From assembly GCA_964016885.1 (NCBI GenBank), contig OZ024752.1, forward strand, positions 39,308,001 to 39,372,000: a stretch of 64,000 nucleotides of DNA, written 5' to 3'. The stretch is from Eledone cirrhosa (taxonomy: Eukaryota). Shown here one piece after another: positions 1 to 12,835 of this stretch. Each line of letters opens with the position of its first letter. Within the stretch, counting starts at the first letter, position 1. The notes beneath the pieces are model-generated. The model was not told the DNA's origin and searched no databases. It worked only from the letters and a program-made list of their open reading frames with translations. The position numbers and the translations under genes were made by a program.

Positions 1-1371
1 TTGGAGATTATACTCAAGAATACAATTGCAATATTCAAATCATTGTATCATAATTCAACTTTATTCAACAATATAACACGGAAAGCATTAACCCTTTAGC
101 ATTTACATTCATCATCATCATCATCATCATCATCATCGTTTAACGTCCATGTTCCACGCTTGCATGGGTTTGGACGGGAGTTTTCCCACTTGAGGCAAGA
201 GTGGTTGTCTTGCTCGCATAGGACTGTCTGGCGGGTTTTCTACAGTTGGATGCCCTTCCTAACACCAACCACATTTACAGTACTATTGTATTTTCATGGT
301 AAAGACTTTACTTCACATAATATCGAATCTGGATTGGCAGTATTGGTAGAGCATCAGACCCCTTGCTTTGCAGCGTAGAGTTATGGCCCTTGGCATTCTC
401 AGTTCAAATCCTGCTGAGATTAACTTTACCTTTCAACCTTACGGGGTCGATAAAATAAAGTACCAGTAATGCACTGGGGATAATTGCTGGCCTTGTGCCA
501 AACGTAGAAACAATTATTTATTTTGAGAACAATACCTTAACATCAGTATGAGTGGTTAGTTATGGCTAGTTTAAACAGAAAGAGGTGAGAGAATTCTGGC
601 CAGATATGGCTGGTTTAAATGCTAAAGGGTTAAACTTTATGAGCCCTTGCCTCTACAAAATAATAATTGTTTCTACTTTTGGCACAAAACCAGCAATTAC
701 CCCAGTGTATTACTGGTACTTTATTTTATTGACCCCGTGAGGATGAAAGGCAAAGTTAACCTCGACGGGATTTGAACTCAGATAATAAAGGGCCGTAACT
801 CTATACTGCAAAGCATGTTGTCCGACGCCCTACCGATACTGCCAATCCACTGCCCTCTACAAAATAATAATAGCAACAACAAACAACAATAACAGCTGTT
901 TTAAGGTTATTTGCTTGGCTTGGCTAAAACAAAGGTTAGCTGTGTGAGCCTTATGGCAGGCTTTATACTCAAGTCACTCAAGAGCCAAGAGCTAATGTTA
1001 AACCTGACAAGGGATTAAGATTGCCATCAAAGAATAGCTTCAGTTTCTGTCTAACTCCACTCATAAAGCTTAGATCAATCCATAGCTATGACAGAAAATA
1101 CTTATCTAATGTAGTCAAAAGTGAGAGATGTCTATCAGTGACAGATAATTTTATTCCAGCTATTGGTTAATAAGGCTGGATAGTTTGGATATGGAGAGAC
1201 ATGTTCCAGATGACTCAACGCCAAGTTGTCATATACCATGCTTGCTATAAATTTATACCACTTCTTATCTGTTTTCTCAGTCCAGTGTTGATACATTGTC
1301 CAGTGGACACAGCTGTCAACTAAGTTTTGTCTGTGATTATGTAGTCAATTGTCTCATTGTACTGGTTACAT

Positions 1372-1712
1372 ACTTGGGTCGGCTGAAATGTTCATAGGCT
1401 GACTATGAAGTGGTGATGCTAGAGTTGTGAAATCTTGAATGCATTAATTTCAACTCTTCTTATTAATGACTGCATTGTTTCTTTCCAGGGACTATGTTGA
1501 AAGATAAACCTCATTTGGTCATTCCATGAGAATATCTTGGTCAGCCTATGAAGGAGTGATGCTAGAGCTGTGAAATCTTGCATGCATTAATTTCAACTCT
1601 TCTTATTAATAACTGAATTGTTTTTTTTTTCAGAGACTATGTTAAAAAATAAACCTCATTTGGTCCTTCCATGAGAGTATCTTGGTCAGCCTATGAACTT
1701 TTCACCTGACAC
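1372..1712. mobile_element. Mariner-type MITE with internal duplication (partial copies 9348-9445, 17110-17225, 57150-57323)
   Basis: Terminal inverted repeats like TAYGAGGGTTGGCTGAAAAGTTCATAGGCTGAC. Confidence 0.65.
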
Positions 1713-1835
1713 TTAGTTTGCATTTGGTGTTAGCATCTTCTTGTACTACTTCATTTTGTAGTTGCTTGTGGCTAGACATTAGTCTTATGCAACTAAAATC
1801 AGACTAATCTGTTTCTGCTTTTAGCTTAACCTCTT

Positions 1836-2255
1836 CAGTGTCGTAGATGAGATAACTTGTCCTAACATAGATGCATTCCAGTGCCACAGATGAGATAACT
1901 CGTCCTAACATGTATGCATTCCAGTGCCACAGATGAGATAACTTGTCCTAACATGTATGCATTCCAGTGCCACAGATGAGATAACTTGTCCTAACATAGA
2001 TGCATTCCAGTGCCACAGATGAGATAACTTGTCCTAACATAGATGCATTCCAGTGCCACAGATGAGATAACTTGTCCTAACATAGATGCATTCCAGTGCC
2101 ACAGATGAGATAACTTGTCCTAACATAGATGCATTCCAGTGCCACAGATGAGATAACTTGTCCTAACATAGATGCATTCCAGTGCCACAGATGAGATAAC
2201 TCGTCCTAACATGTATGCATTCCAGTGCCACAGATGAGATAACTCGACCTAACAT
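1836..2255. repeat. 43-bp tandem array, about 9.5 copies
   Basis: Unit GATGCATTCCAGTGCCACAGATGAGATAACTTGTCCTAACATA. Confidence 0.95.
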
Positions 2256-2532
2256 GTTTGAACTCTTTTCCAACATAGGCGCTGAGCTGTCCATCCATAG
2301 GTGTGAGCCTCGCGAGTTGGAATGGCTCTTCCAGCACATCTCCCTTTACCATCCTCCGAGGAAACGCCTTCTCCATTCTGTCTGGCGGGGCTGTGGGGAG
2401 GCCAGCACACGGGACTCCATTTGCTCACCATACAGAGTGATGGGGAGGACCAGAGAGATGGAAGCGATGACAGTGGGAGTTCAGCTGTACTTTCATGTTT
2501 ACTTAGGTTACTATTTTCTACTTATTATACAC

Positions 2533-2626
<94 letters not shown>

Positions 2627-3582
2627 TCATCATCATCAACGTTTAACGTCCGTGTTCCACGCTTGCATGGGTTTGGACGGGGGTAGTCCCACTTGAGGCA
2701 AGAGTGATTGTCTTGCTCGCATAGGACTGTCTGGCAGGTTTTCTACAGTTGGATGCCCTTCCTAACACCAACCACATTTACAGTGTGGGTCTGGGAGGTT
2801 TTTACCGTGTTGCCTACACGGCCACATTACAGCGTGGACTGTGTGTTTTTTTGTCGTGACACCTACACGATCTCATTTGTTTCGGCCTGGATGGCGCGGC
2901 ACCAACATAACTTTACATAGGACGGGGTGGTGTGGATGGGTGGGGGTGGTGGCGGGACGGGGTGTATTTTGTTAGAGATGCCTACTGGCAAGGCGGGTCT
3001 TCTCTGTTACTGAGTACCGCCAAAGGTCTCGGTCCAGTGACATTGTCATATATATTTATATATATATGTGTATAATAAGTAGAAAATAGTAACCTAAGTA
3101 AACATGAAAGAACACCTGAACTCCCAATTGCTGGCCTTGTGCCTAAAGTAGAAACAATTATATTAGGCGCATGGCTTAGTGGTTAGAGCATTGGCCTTGC
3201 AATCGAAAGGTTGTGAGTTCAATTCTCAGACCGGGTGATGTGTTGTTTCCTTGAGCAAGACACTTTATTTCACATTGCTCCAGTAAGGGCATCCAGCTGT
3301 AGAAATCATGCCAGAATCAGTTCCCGTATGAGCAAGACAAGGTCAGCCGACCGGACACTGCCCACAGCAGGACAACCCGTCTAACCCATGCTAGCGTGGA
3401 AGAACGGACGTAAAACGGTGATGATGATGATGATGATGATGATATATATATATATATATACATGTGTATAATAAGTAGAAAATAGTAACCTAAGTAAACA
3501 TGAGAGAACAGCTGAACTCCCATTGTCATTGCCTCTATCTCTCCGTATGGTGAGCAAATGGGGTCCCATTATATATATATAA

Positions 3583-3773
3583 GGGGCGGTGGATTGGCAG
3601 TATCGGTAGAGGGTCGGACGCCATGCTTTCCAGCATAGAGTTACGTCCCTTTACGATCTGAGTTCAAATCCCGCCGAGTTTGACTTTGCCTTTCATCCTT
3701 ACGGGGTCGATAAAATGAAGTACCAGTAATGCACTGGGTATTTGCTGGCCTTGTGCCTAAAGTAGAAACAATT
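3583..3773 (+). mobile_element. tRNA-derived SINE family A (about 190 bp; more than 20 full or partial copies, e.g. 665-857, 11586-11775, 21306-21492, 47526-47938, 61878-62062, 62555-62943)
   Basis: A/B-box-like head (TGGCAGTATCGGT...GAGTTCAAATCC), core GCCTTTCATCCTTACGGGGTCGATAAAATAAAGTACC, TSDs such as TCTACAAAATAATAAT around 665-857. Confidence 0.88.
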
Positions 3774-5101
3774 ATATATATATATATATATGCAGAGGTT
3801 ATATTTAATTTGTTGGGATTCAACAAGCTTAAAAATTCTTTTAAGAAAAGGTTTTGAAAATTCTAAAAATTTCCTTTGAAAGACTTTCTGAAAATTTTTG
3901 AAAGATACGGAAAAACCATTATTTTCATATCTTCCAATATTTTAAACATTTTTTATATTTATATATTTTCATATATATCCAAATATTTATATTATTTATA
4001 TATATGTGGAATAATGTATGTGGTATGTTTTAATTATATTTTAAGATGAATTTTTATAACTTTTTATAACTTCTTATAACTTTTTAAAGAGATTTTTATC
4101 TATCCTTGGAGTCATTTGAGTTTTTAAAAAAATCCCTTTTAACTTCCTTTAAACTTCCTTATTGTTTTTATAATCTCAATTTTTATAGTCTTAATTTATA
4201 GTCTGAATTTTTAAATGGTTTTAATATATAATTCTAATTAAGTACTTATTTCTTTGTAAACTCTCGTAAATTTTCGTAATTTTTGGAATTATTTGGATGT
4301 TTAAGATTTGACTTACAACTATTAATAAATTCTGGCTAAATATAATTTTGCCAAACTTACTTTAATCAAATAAACTATACTAGATTTTTTCCAATATAAA
4401 ATACTATACATTTAAATAATTTATAATCTATAACATAACATACCCATCTAAACCCATATATTATTAATACATCTTAATATATTTTAAATACTTCTTTTTG
4501 CACTATATCTTATTTTAATTAAATTTTAATTAAATTTCTAATTAAATTCTAACAATATTTTTAAATCTTAACAATTTTTTTATCCTTAATTTAATTTTTT
4601 AACTTATTATATATATTATAAACATAGCATAATGAACGTTATATTTACGTTCTGAGTATTCATCCATGTAAAACTTATTTCTTTGTTCGCTTCGCTTCTC
4701 TTCACTCTCACTATGCATAATCTTGTCTTTCCTTCTCTGTCTCTTTCTCTTTTCTTCTCTCTCTCTTTCACTATTCTTTCTCCCTCCCTTTCAATATTTT
4801 TTCTCTCCCCCTTTTACATCTCCTTTCTTCCAACAGTTTAATTTAAATAAACCGTTGTATTTTTAAATTTTTCTGACACTCATTTGCATACTCACTCATA
4901 ACTTTGTATCACCCTCAATAAAATATTATCTCCACTATCCAGGGAACTTCAACCGTTAAGGTTGTCTTTTTTCCGGGTATGTCAATATTTATTTATAAAA
5001 CAAATCTGTATTTTATTTGATGAAAGCCCACCATAATTTGCCTTGGTTACCCTTAATAAAATAATTATGGTTTTATAAATATAGTTTCCATTTATTAATA
5101 T

Positions 5102-5177
<76 letters not shown>

Positions 5178-6608
5178 CAGTAAAATGGATATATTCTAAC
5201 AAGTTAAACAAAAAAAAAATATATATCACATATGTGAATTATCTCCATATCTCCAACATCATTTCATACATTCTGATGCGCCTTCAGTCGCATTAATTTA
5301 AATATTTGACTTTGCCTTTCATCCTTACGGGGTCGATAAAATAAAGTACCAGTAATGCACTAGGTAATTGCTGGCCTTGTGCCTAAAGTAGAAACAATTA
5401 ATTTAAATATTTATATTTTAAAGATATTTCCCCAATAAAATTACACCTTCGATGTATTTTATTAACATTTCTTCATTAATCAACCTTAAAACATTTATCT
5501 TTAATGTCAATAATATTTGCCAAATAACTTCAAAGTTATGAACTCGTTTCTAACAGATGGGGTTACTAGTTTATTGATGTGACATTTGCCAACCATTCAG
5601 ATATGTCATCATCATCATCATCATCATCATCGTTTAACGTCCATCTTCCACACTTGCATGTGTTGTTAATAAATGTTTGTTTAAAAAAATAGTTATTTAC
5701 CGAAAAAAAACAAACACCCAGCACAGCAACTGTAGCTGTGTAAAATATACACAGCAGTCAACAGGTTAAAGCTTTTGAACCATTGTTATTTTTCACTCTG
5801 GCTTTGAAGTCATGCAGGATATTGGACATGGAGTGTTTTTTCTCCTTGTTTATTATTATCAATTATTATGAATAATGTATATCATGGACATGTGATGCGT
5901 ATGAAGGATGACAGCTGCATAAAAAGGTCCAGAGCACTAAGAGTCAATGGAAGCCTTGGTGTGGGGAGACCCAAGAAGACCTGGGATGAGGTGATAAAAG
6001 CTGACCATGCCCATTTGCACCTCTCAAAGGCGATGACACAGGATTGATACATCTGGCGTTACAGAAAACCCAACTTCCCACGGGTACAAGCCGAAGCTGA
6101 AGTATATAGACAATATGCTCCCACTGCAAAGTGGTCGTGGAGGTGTCACAACAAAAAAAGCACCCAGTCCACACTGTAAAGTGGTCATGTAGGCACCAGT
6201 TAGTACTCACTGTAAATGAGGTTGGTGTTAGGAAGGGCATCCTCCAGCTGTAGAAATCAAGCCAAAATCAGTTCCCATATGAGCAAGACATAGTCACCCG
6301 ACCTGGCATTGCCTACAACAGGACAACCCAGCTAACCCATGCTAGCATGGAAGAATGGACATAAAACGGTGATGATGATGATGTTTGATTCCTACTTTAG
6401 AGTGGAATAGTTACCAATAGAATATATAACCTGTAAAATTATTCTGACAGTATTGAATTGTTGAATTTAGAAAAAAAAACAAAACAAAAAAAACAACAAT
6501 CTATTTAACTCATGCAAAGAGAGAAAAACAAAGGCAAAAGTGGAAAATGGATAATATTTGATTTGGTAAATATTAGAGGTAAAAAAAAAAAGAAGGAAAT
6601 TGTACAAC

Positions 6609-6755
6609 CTTAAAAGATCCCATGGTATTAATGCACAGATATTTTTGTATTCCATATCAGCGGCAGCTTTGCTACACTTCTTGGCCATACTGATATATGT
6701 AGACGCAGACCCACTTTTGAATTTTTCTTGAAAATGTTCATGTTTTATAAATGGC
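6609..6755 (-). CDS. PRKDC: DNA-PKcs kinase exon, last found in window (PFIKHEHF...LIPWDLLR)
   Basis: cf. human KVPADLLKR; AG/GT and in phase; the catalytic-loop (GDRH) exon was not found in the window. Confidence 0.88.
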
Positions 6756-7044
6756 CTGAAATTTTAAAACATAGCTTGTTATAGAAATGCAATACATCTG
6801 TTGCAAGAGTATTATAGATTTACAGATAACACAATTATTCATTAGTTTCACATTGGTTTCCTTTTGTCAGTGTTTATATTTCTTCTTTAGATAAAAGATT
6901 GACTATAGGGTTTCGTTTATGCAAATCACTAATTTATCAAACCACAAATTTTCCAGTTTGTATGACTGTTCATACATCTGGTAATCCTGGTATATATAGC
7001 ATACCATTCCTCGACTAAAAAAATTAAATGCATCCAATGCTATG

Positions 7045-8490
7045 ATTATGTGAGGTAAAGCCTTTACCGTGAAAATATAATAGTAAATATAGAGTAATGT
7101 AAATGTTATGTGAGATAATTATGTGAAGTAAAGCCTTTACCATGAAAATATAATAATAAATATAGAGTAATGTAAATGTTATGTGAGATAATTATGTGAG
7201 GTAAAGCCTTCACCATGAAAATATAATAATAAATATAGAGTAATGTAAATGTTATGTGAGATAATTATGTGAAGTAAAGCCTTTACCATGAAAATATAAT
7301 AGTAAATATAGTGTAATGTAAATGTTATGTGAGATAATTATGTGAAGTAAAGCTTTTACCATGAAAATATAATAGTAAATATAGTGTAATGTAAATGTTA
7401 TGTGAGATAATTATGTGAAGTAAAGCCTTTACCATGAAAATATAATAGTAAATATAGTGTAATGTAAATGTTATGTGAGATAATTATGTGAAGTAAAGCC
7501 TTTACCATGAAAATATAATAGTAAATATAGTGTAATGTAAATGTTATGTGAGATAATTATGTGAAGTAAAGCCTTTACCATGAAAATATAATAGTATATA
7601 TAGAGTAATATAAATGTTATGTGAGATAATTATGGGAGATAAAGCCTTTACCACGAAAATATAATAGTAAATATAGAGTAATGTAAATGTTATGTGAGAT
7701 AATTATGTGAAGTAAAGCCTTTACCATGAAAATATAATAGTAAATATAGAGTAATGTAAATGTTATGCGAGATAATTATGTGAAATAAAGCCTTTACCAT
7801 GAAAATATAATAGTAAATATAGAGTAATATAAATGTTATGTGAGATAATTATGGGAGATAAAGCCTTTACCACGAAAATATAATAGTAAATATAGTGTAA
7901 TGTAAATGTTATGTGAGATAATTATGTGAAATAAAGCCTTTACCATGAAAATATAATAGTAAATATAGAGTAATATAAATGTTATGTGAGATAATTATGG
8001 GAGATAAAGCCTTTACCACGAAAATATAATAGTAAATATAGAGTAATATAAATGTTATGTGAGATAATTATGGGAGATAAAGCCTTTACCACGAAAATAT
8101 AATAGTAAATATAGTGTAATGTAAATGTTATGTGAGATAATTATGTGAAGTAAAGCCTTTACCATGAAAATATAATAGTAAATATAGTGTAATGTAAATG
8201 TTATGTGAGATAATTATGGGAGATAAAGCCTTTACCACGAAAATATAATAGTAAATATAGAGTAATGTAAATGTTATGTGAGATAATTATGTGAAGTAAA
8301 GCCTTTACCATGAAAATATAATAGTAAATATAGAGTAATATAAATGTTATGTGAGATAATTATGTGAAGTAAAGCCTTTACCATGAAAATATAATAGTAA
8401 ATATAGAGTAATATAAATGTGATGTGAGATAATTATGGGAGATAAAGCCTTTACCATGAAAATATAATAGTAAATATAGAGTAATGTAAA
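7045..8490. repeat. 73-bp tandem array, about 20 copies, MITE-derived
   Basis: Unit TATGTGAAGTAAAGCCTTTACCATGAAAATATAATAGTAAATATAG(A/T)GTAATGTAAATGTTATGTGAGATAAT. Confidence 0.95.
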
Positions 8491-8573
8491 TAAGGTTAAC
8501 TGATGCAAACAATTAATGAAGGCATATGGTTCAGCTGCCACATCAGCAATGAGTTCTGTGCATTGAAGCTACT

Positions 8574-8690
8574 AAAGATTATCATTTGAAGTAACGATCA
8601 AAAAGAATATCTTTTCATAGTAAAATGTGGAGAAGATTTGCAACAAGATCAGCTGTCTGGAGTTTTTAATGAAATATTGAACAATTCTCT
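8574..8690 (+). pseudogene. Inverted degenerate copy of part of PRKDC kinase exon 10208-10428
   Basis: AAAGATTATCATTtGAaGTAAcGATCAAAAAGAATATC...ATAGTAAAATGTGGAGAAGATTTGC...CTGTCTGGAGTT aligns to exon sense sequence with scattered substitutions, one stop and a 12-nt deletion. Confidence 0.92.
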
Positions 8691-8987
8691 TGTTGTGTGT
8701 ATCAGATAATGAATGAGTGTGACAAATAGCAATAGGCTTATACTGAAATAAACCTGTTTTACTCATGCCAGCATGGAAAAACAGACATAAAACTGATGAT
8801 ATTTGACAATCATCATCATTATCATCATCGTTTAATGGCCATTTTTCTATGCTAGCATGGGTTAGATGAGCGGTCTCATTGGGATACAATTCAGATCAGA
8901 TGACCATGTCTTGCTCATACACAACTAATTTTGGTTTGGTTTCTATGGCTGAATACCCTTCCTAATGCCAACTACATTTACAGTGTG

Positions 8988-9091
8988 AAAAATATGGAAC
9001 GCTTCACGAATTTGCATGTCATCCATGTGCAGGGGTCATGATAATCTTCTCTGTACCATTCCAATTTTAGTATATGTGTTGTAGCAAGTAC
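8988..9091 (-). pseudogene. U6: U6 snRNA retrocopy/pseudogene
   Basis: Reverse complement reads ...CACATATACTAAAATTGGAATGGTACAGAGAAGATTATCATGACCCCTGCACATGGATGACATGCAAATTCGTGAAGCGTTCCATATTTTT; ACAGAGA box intact, AGC triad mutated to ATC, 5' stem damaged. Confidence 0.93.
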
Positions 9092-9152
9092 AAATACTAA
9101 AGGTATATGTAATGTAAAAGTACAAATAAGACAATAAATTTATATTACTTAC

Positions 9153-9248
9153 TCAATAATGTAATTTTGCCATTCCTTGTTAGTTAAATCTCGTTTCAAG
9201 GTATCTTGAAGAGTGACAACATTCTCAAGACATTCAATTAGTCCAACA
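9153..9248 (-). CDS. PRKDC: DNA-PKcs kinase hinge exon (VGLIECLENVVTLQDTLKRDLTNKEWQNYII)
   Basis: Matches human LGLIEWLENTVTLKD. Confidence 0.93.
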
Positions 9249-9599
9249 CTAAAAAGATTACAACAATGAAGAAATTGATAATATTAAAGAAAAACAAGTA
9301 TCTTTGTACTCATATCTTTGAATTCATTTAGCCTGAATTCAATGCTATATGAGGGTTGGCTAAAAAGTTCATAGACTGACCAAGAAACTCTCATGGAATG
9401 ACCAAATGAGCTTTATTGTTAAACATAATCCCTGGAAATAAACAATGTCTCAGAAACGCTGTATGTCATATGATCCCCTACAGCTTTCTCAGGAGTTACA
9501 GGAAAAGTGAGAAGAGAGAATATCAGGCATAGTCACCCCTTTTTTACAGTGTTTATCAGGTTTGCAATAATACATCTCTCAATCTAAACTCATCTATAT

Positions 9600-10105
9600 C
9601 AAGTTATTAACATAAAAACTTAAGAAAGGTTCATAAGAAGATGTAGGTTTCTCAATCACAGAAGTAACTGCAATTACAGTTATAAAATTTAAAAAGAAAT
9701 TGTAAGAAATAAATTTATTGTTGATAACTATAAATTGGTCAAACCTACAGAAAAAGCAGTATTGGAAAGGACTATAAATGCCATGATTGAGAGGAAAACA
9801 AGGGAAAGAGCAAGGACTATTAGGCAACAGAAGAAAGGGGGAAGGGTGACAGACTCTACACCTAGGTCAGAGCGGTGTTTGGGCTGCGCCTCTGCGGAAA
9901 AAAATGGCAAAGGTATTTCTGAGGACAATGGCCAGCGACACTGACTACAACAGCCAGCCCACCTCCTCAGACGGGCTGCTATCATTCCGATAATATGGAG
10001 GCGGTCAGCTGTCTGGAGTCTGCGGCTGCCAAAGGTCTCAATGGCAACTGGGGCAAAGAGAAAGCCAGCGGACAAGCTCTGGTATTTACTTGTCTTCCTG
10101 TTCAC
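9600..10105 (-). mobile_element. Relic of a non-LTR element 3' end (restriction-like endonuclease, CRE-like); related partial copy at about 21560-21890
   Basis: K..KY..L...FAPVAIETFG followed by frameshifted SLAIVLRN. Confidence 0.55.
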
Positions 10106-10207
10106 TACATTGTAATTACACTTATAAAAATTGGGTAAAGTCCCTTAGAAATGGAGAAAGATGTTGCCAGCGGCTGCTACGAAGAAAGTATCTTTAACAA
10201 AACATAC

Positions 10208-10428
10208 CATGTAGTCATCGGTATGATTTGATATGTCTTCAGCTGTAATTTCTTAGCTTGACAAATAGAATTCTTTTTTAATATTTCATTGATAACTCCA
10301 GACAGTTGTTGAATTCTTTGATCTTGACGCAAATCTTCTCCACATTTTACTATAAAGGGATATTCTTTTTGATCATTACCTCGAATGATAATCTTTCTTG
10401 GCTTTTGTAGTGATGAGAAGGTTACAAC
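10208..10428 (-). CDS. PRKDC: DNA-PKcs kinase N-lobe exon ([38 protein letters not shown]...LKTYQIIPMT)
   Basis: PIKK motif K-x-x-EDLRQD; matches human [33 protein letters not shown]. Confidence 0.97.
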
Positions 10429-11130
10429 CTTAAAAATAAATAAATAAAAATCAACAATACATGTCTGTTTTTTCTCTCAATTTTCTTTCCATTCCTACCT
10501 CTTCTTACTCTCTATCTTTCTATTTCATCTTTTATTTCTCATTCTATCTTCTGATGAAGGACTAGTGTCAGAAATGTTAAGACTCTTCTCTTATTATTTC
10601 AAGTGTTAAATTAATATATTTCTTCATTGTACTGTGTCGTTTACTTTGTTATTTCAGTTTATTACTTACAATAAAATTATATAGTCTATAGTGTGTATCC
10701 CAATGCAAACGACTGTAATAATAGTTGATCACTATAATAAATAATAGTTCATAAAATCAGGTAAAGTAACCCCGGAGATAGAAAAATATGGATAGAGATG
10801 TCTGTGAGGAATCAAACCCAGTATTTCATGGATAGTTAACTTATTTGCCAGGTATCTGAGAAATGTAGAGCTTTATTCCTTGCAGGCGCCAGAGTTCACT
10901 TTTTTCCATTTCTAGGGGTACCCCTTTTTCTCAACTATTATTTATTCATGGTGTTCAATTATTATTATGATCCTTTGTGTTGGGACACTCACATTTCAAA
11001 TTTATCCAATATTCTTTGAGTCAACTGTTTTGTATATAGTCTATGTTAACATTGTAAAGAATCTCAACAACAGGACATAGATTAATTTACAACTTTCAGT
11101 GCCAAATAAATTGATACTAACTTATATTTA

Positions 11131-11866
11131 CTAGCAGAAAAACCACCCTTCAGGTGGTTTTCTGCTAGTATGTATATTGTGCATATTGATATTATACGCA
11201 AGTATATATACATGTAGATATGATGCATCAAATGAAATCGTAATTGATTATATGCACAGAAATTGAAGAGAGACTGTGTTACACCCTCCTCTGTAATCAG
11301 TAAAGTAATCCATGATACATTAAAAAAAAGACGATATTATATATAAACTGCATTAGGAGAAAATTAGCGATGGAAATATAAACATATAACGATGCAAATA
11401 TATGAGCGTTTATATAAGTGATGTAATAAGAGTTATAATATAACAGACGCTAACCGGAAATGTTGACATTTGAAAATTTTAAAGACGTGAATCTTGAAAT
11501 AAACAATAAAATTATATATATTTAGTCAAGAGTTACGAAATTTAGTAGATAAATTACATAATGTTCATTCATTATTTATTCAAATAGGGCGGTGGATTGG
11601 CAGTATCGGTAGAGGGACGGACGCCATGCTTTCCAGCATAGTTACGTCCCTTTACGATCTGAGTTCAAATCCCGCCGAGGTTGACTTTGCCTTTCATCCT
11701 TACGGGGTCGATAAAATAAAGTACCAGTAATGCACTGGGTAATTGCTGGCCTTGTGCCTAAAATAGAAACAATTATTTATTCAAAGTAATCCAACTTATT
11801 TTACAAACGGGATAAACAAATATAAAATGGACGCTATCCTGCACTCCTTCCTTTATAATATTATGA
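11131..11866 (-). mobile_element. Second copy of the Helitron-like element, containing a SINE
   Basis: Reverse-complement homology to 34161-34830; A|TC...hairpin-CTAG|T. Confidence 0.75.
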
Positions 11867-12142
11867 TTATAAGCCTATACCTTTGTTATAACATTATTAT
11901 CTTTCTAAGGGCGGTGGATTGGCAGTATCAGTAGAGGGTCTGACGCCATGAGTTCAAATCCTGCCGAGGTTAACTTTGCCTTTCATCCTTGCGGGGTCGA
12001 TAAAATAAAGTACCAGTAATACACTGGGATAATTGCTGGCCTTGTGCCAAAAAGGAGAAACAATTATTATTTTTCCTATAACTTTTAACTCTTTAGCATT
12101 TACATTACACTATATAAATATAATACTACTGTATTTTCATGC

Positions 12143-12470
12143 ATGCCTTAGTGGTTAGAGCATTGGGCTTGCAATTGATAGATTGTGAGTTCGATTCTCG
12201 GACCGGGTGATGCGTTGAGTCCTTGAGCAAGACACTTTATTTAACGTTGCTCCAGTTTACACAGCTGTAGAAATGAGTTGCGACGTCACTGGTGCCAAGC
12301 TGTATCGGCCATTGCCTTTCCCATGGACAACATCAGTGGTGTGAAGAGGGGAGGCTGGTATGCATGGGTGACTGCTGGTCTTCCACAAAACAAACCTTGT
12401 CCAGGCTTGTGCCTCGGTGGGAAATTTTCTAGGTGTAAAACCCATGGTCATTCGTGACTGAGTGGGGCCT
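12143..12470 (+). mobile_element. tRNA-derived CORE-like SINE family B (also 3166-3430, 13845-14045, 38995-39260, 39413-39660, 63250-63634)
   Basis: Head GCTTAGTGGTTAGAGC...GAGTTCGATTC plus CCTTGAGCAAGACACTT. Confidence 0.8.
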
Positions 12471-12835
12471 TAATTGTATTTTCGTAGTAAAGGCTTTACC
12501 TCACATAATTATCTCACATAATATCGAATCTATGAGATTTGTTATTTATTTTGAGAACAATACCTTAAAGTCTGTATGAGGAGCCAGTTATAGCCGGTTT
12601 TAACAGAAAGAGGTGAGAGAATTCTGACTGGATACAGCCAATTTAAATGCTAAAGCATTAAAGCAGTAAAAGCATTAAAGACAGTAAGATCTTTAAAATA
12701 ATGGTTTTGTACATTAACACACACATTAGCATTGCAACGAAGTGTTATCAATTTAATTAAACCCTGTAATTGACTATCTGGAAATAACTGCCACATATCC
12801 TTTAAATCATACATCTTATCCTAAAGAACAAGAAA

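Noticed and set aside
1155-1225. Possible catalytic-loop (GDRH) exon or its inverted copy
   Set aside because: Better read as a decayed LINE RLRWFGHVERM motif; no valid exon found in 1-6600.
3166-3240. tRNA-like sequences here and at many SINE heads
   Set aside because: They continue into SINE bodies and lack full cloverleafs; not tRNA genes.
3790-5100. AT-rich tract with faint GIY-YIG/Penelope-like peptides (also about 22770-23240)
   Set aside because: Too degraded and motif order inconsistent; cannot support a call without a profile search.
10546-10584. CTGATGA...GAAA hammerhead-like motif (similar relic at about 33117-33156)
   Set aside because: Stem II base or core is broken and the motif is antisense to the gene; treated as decayed.
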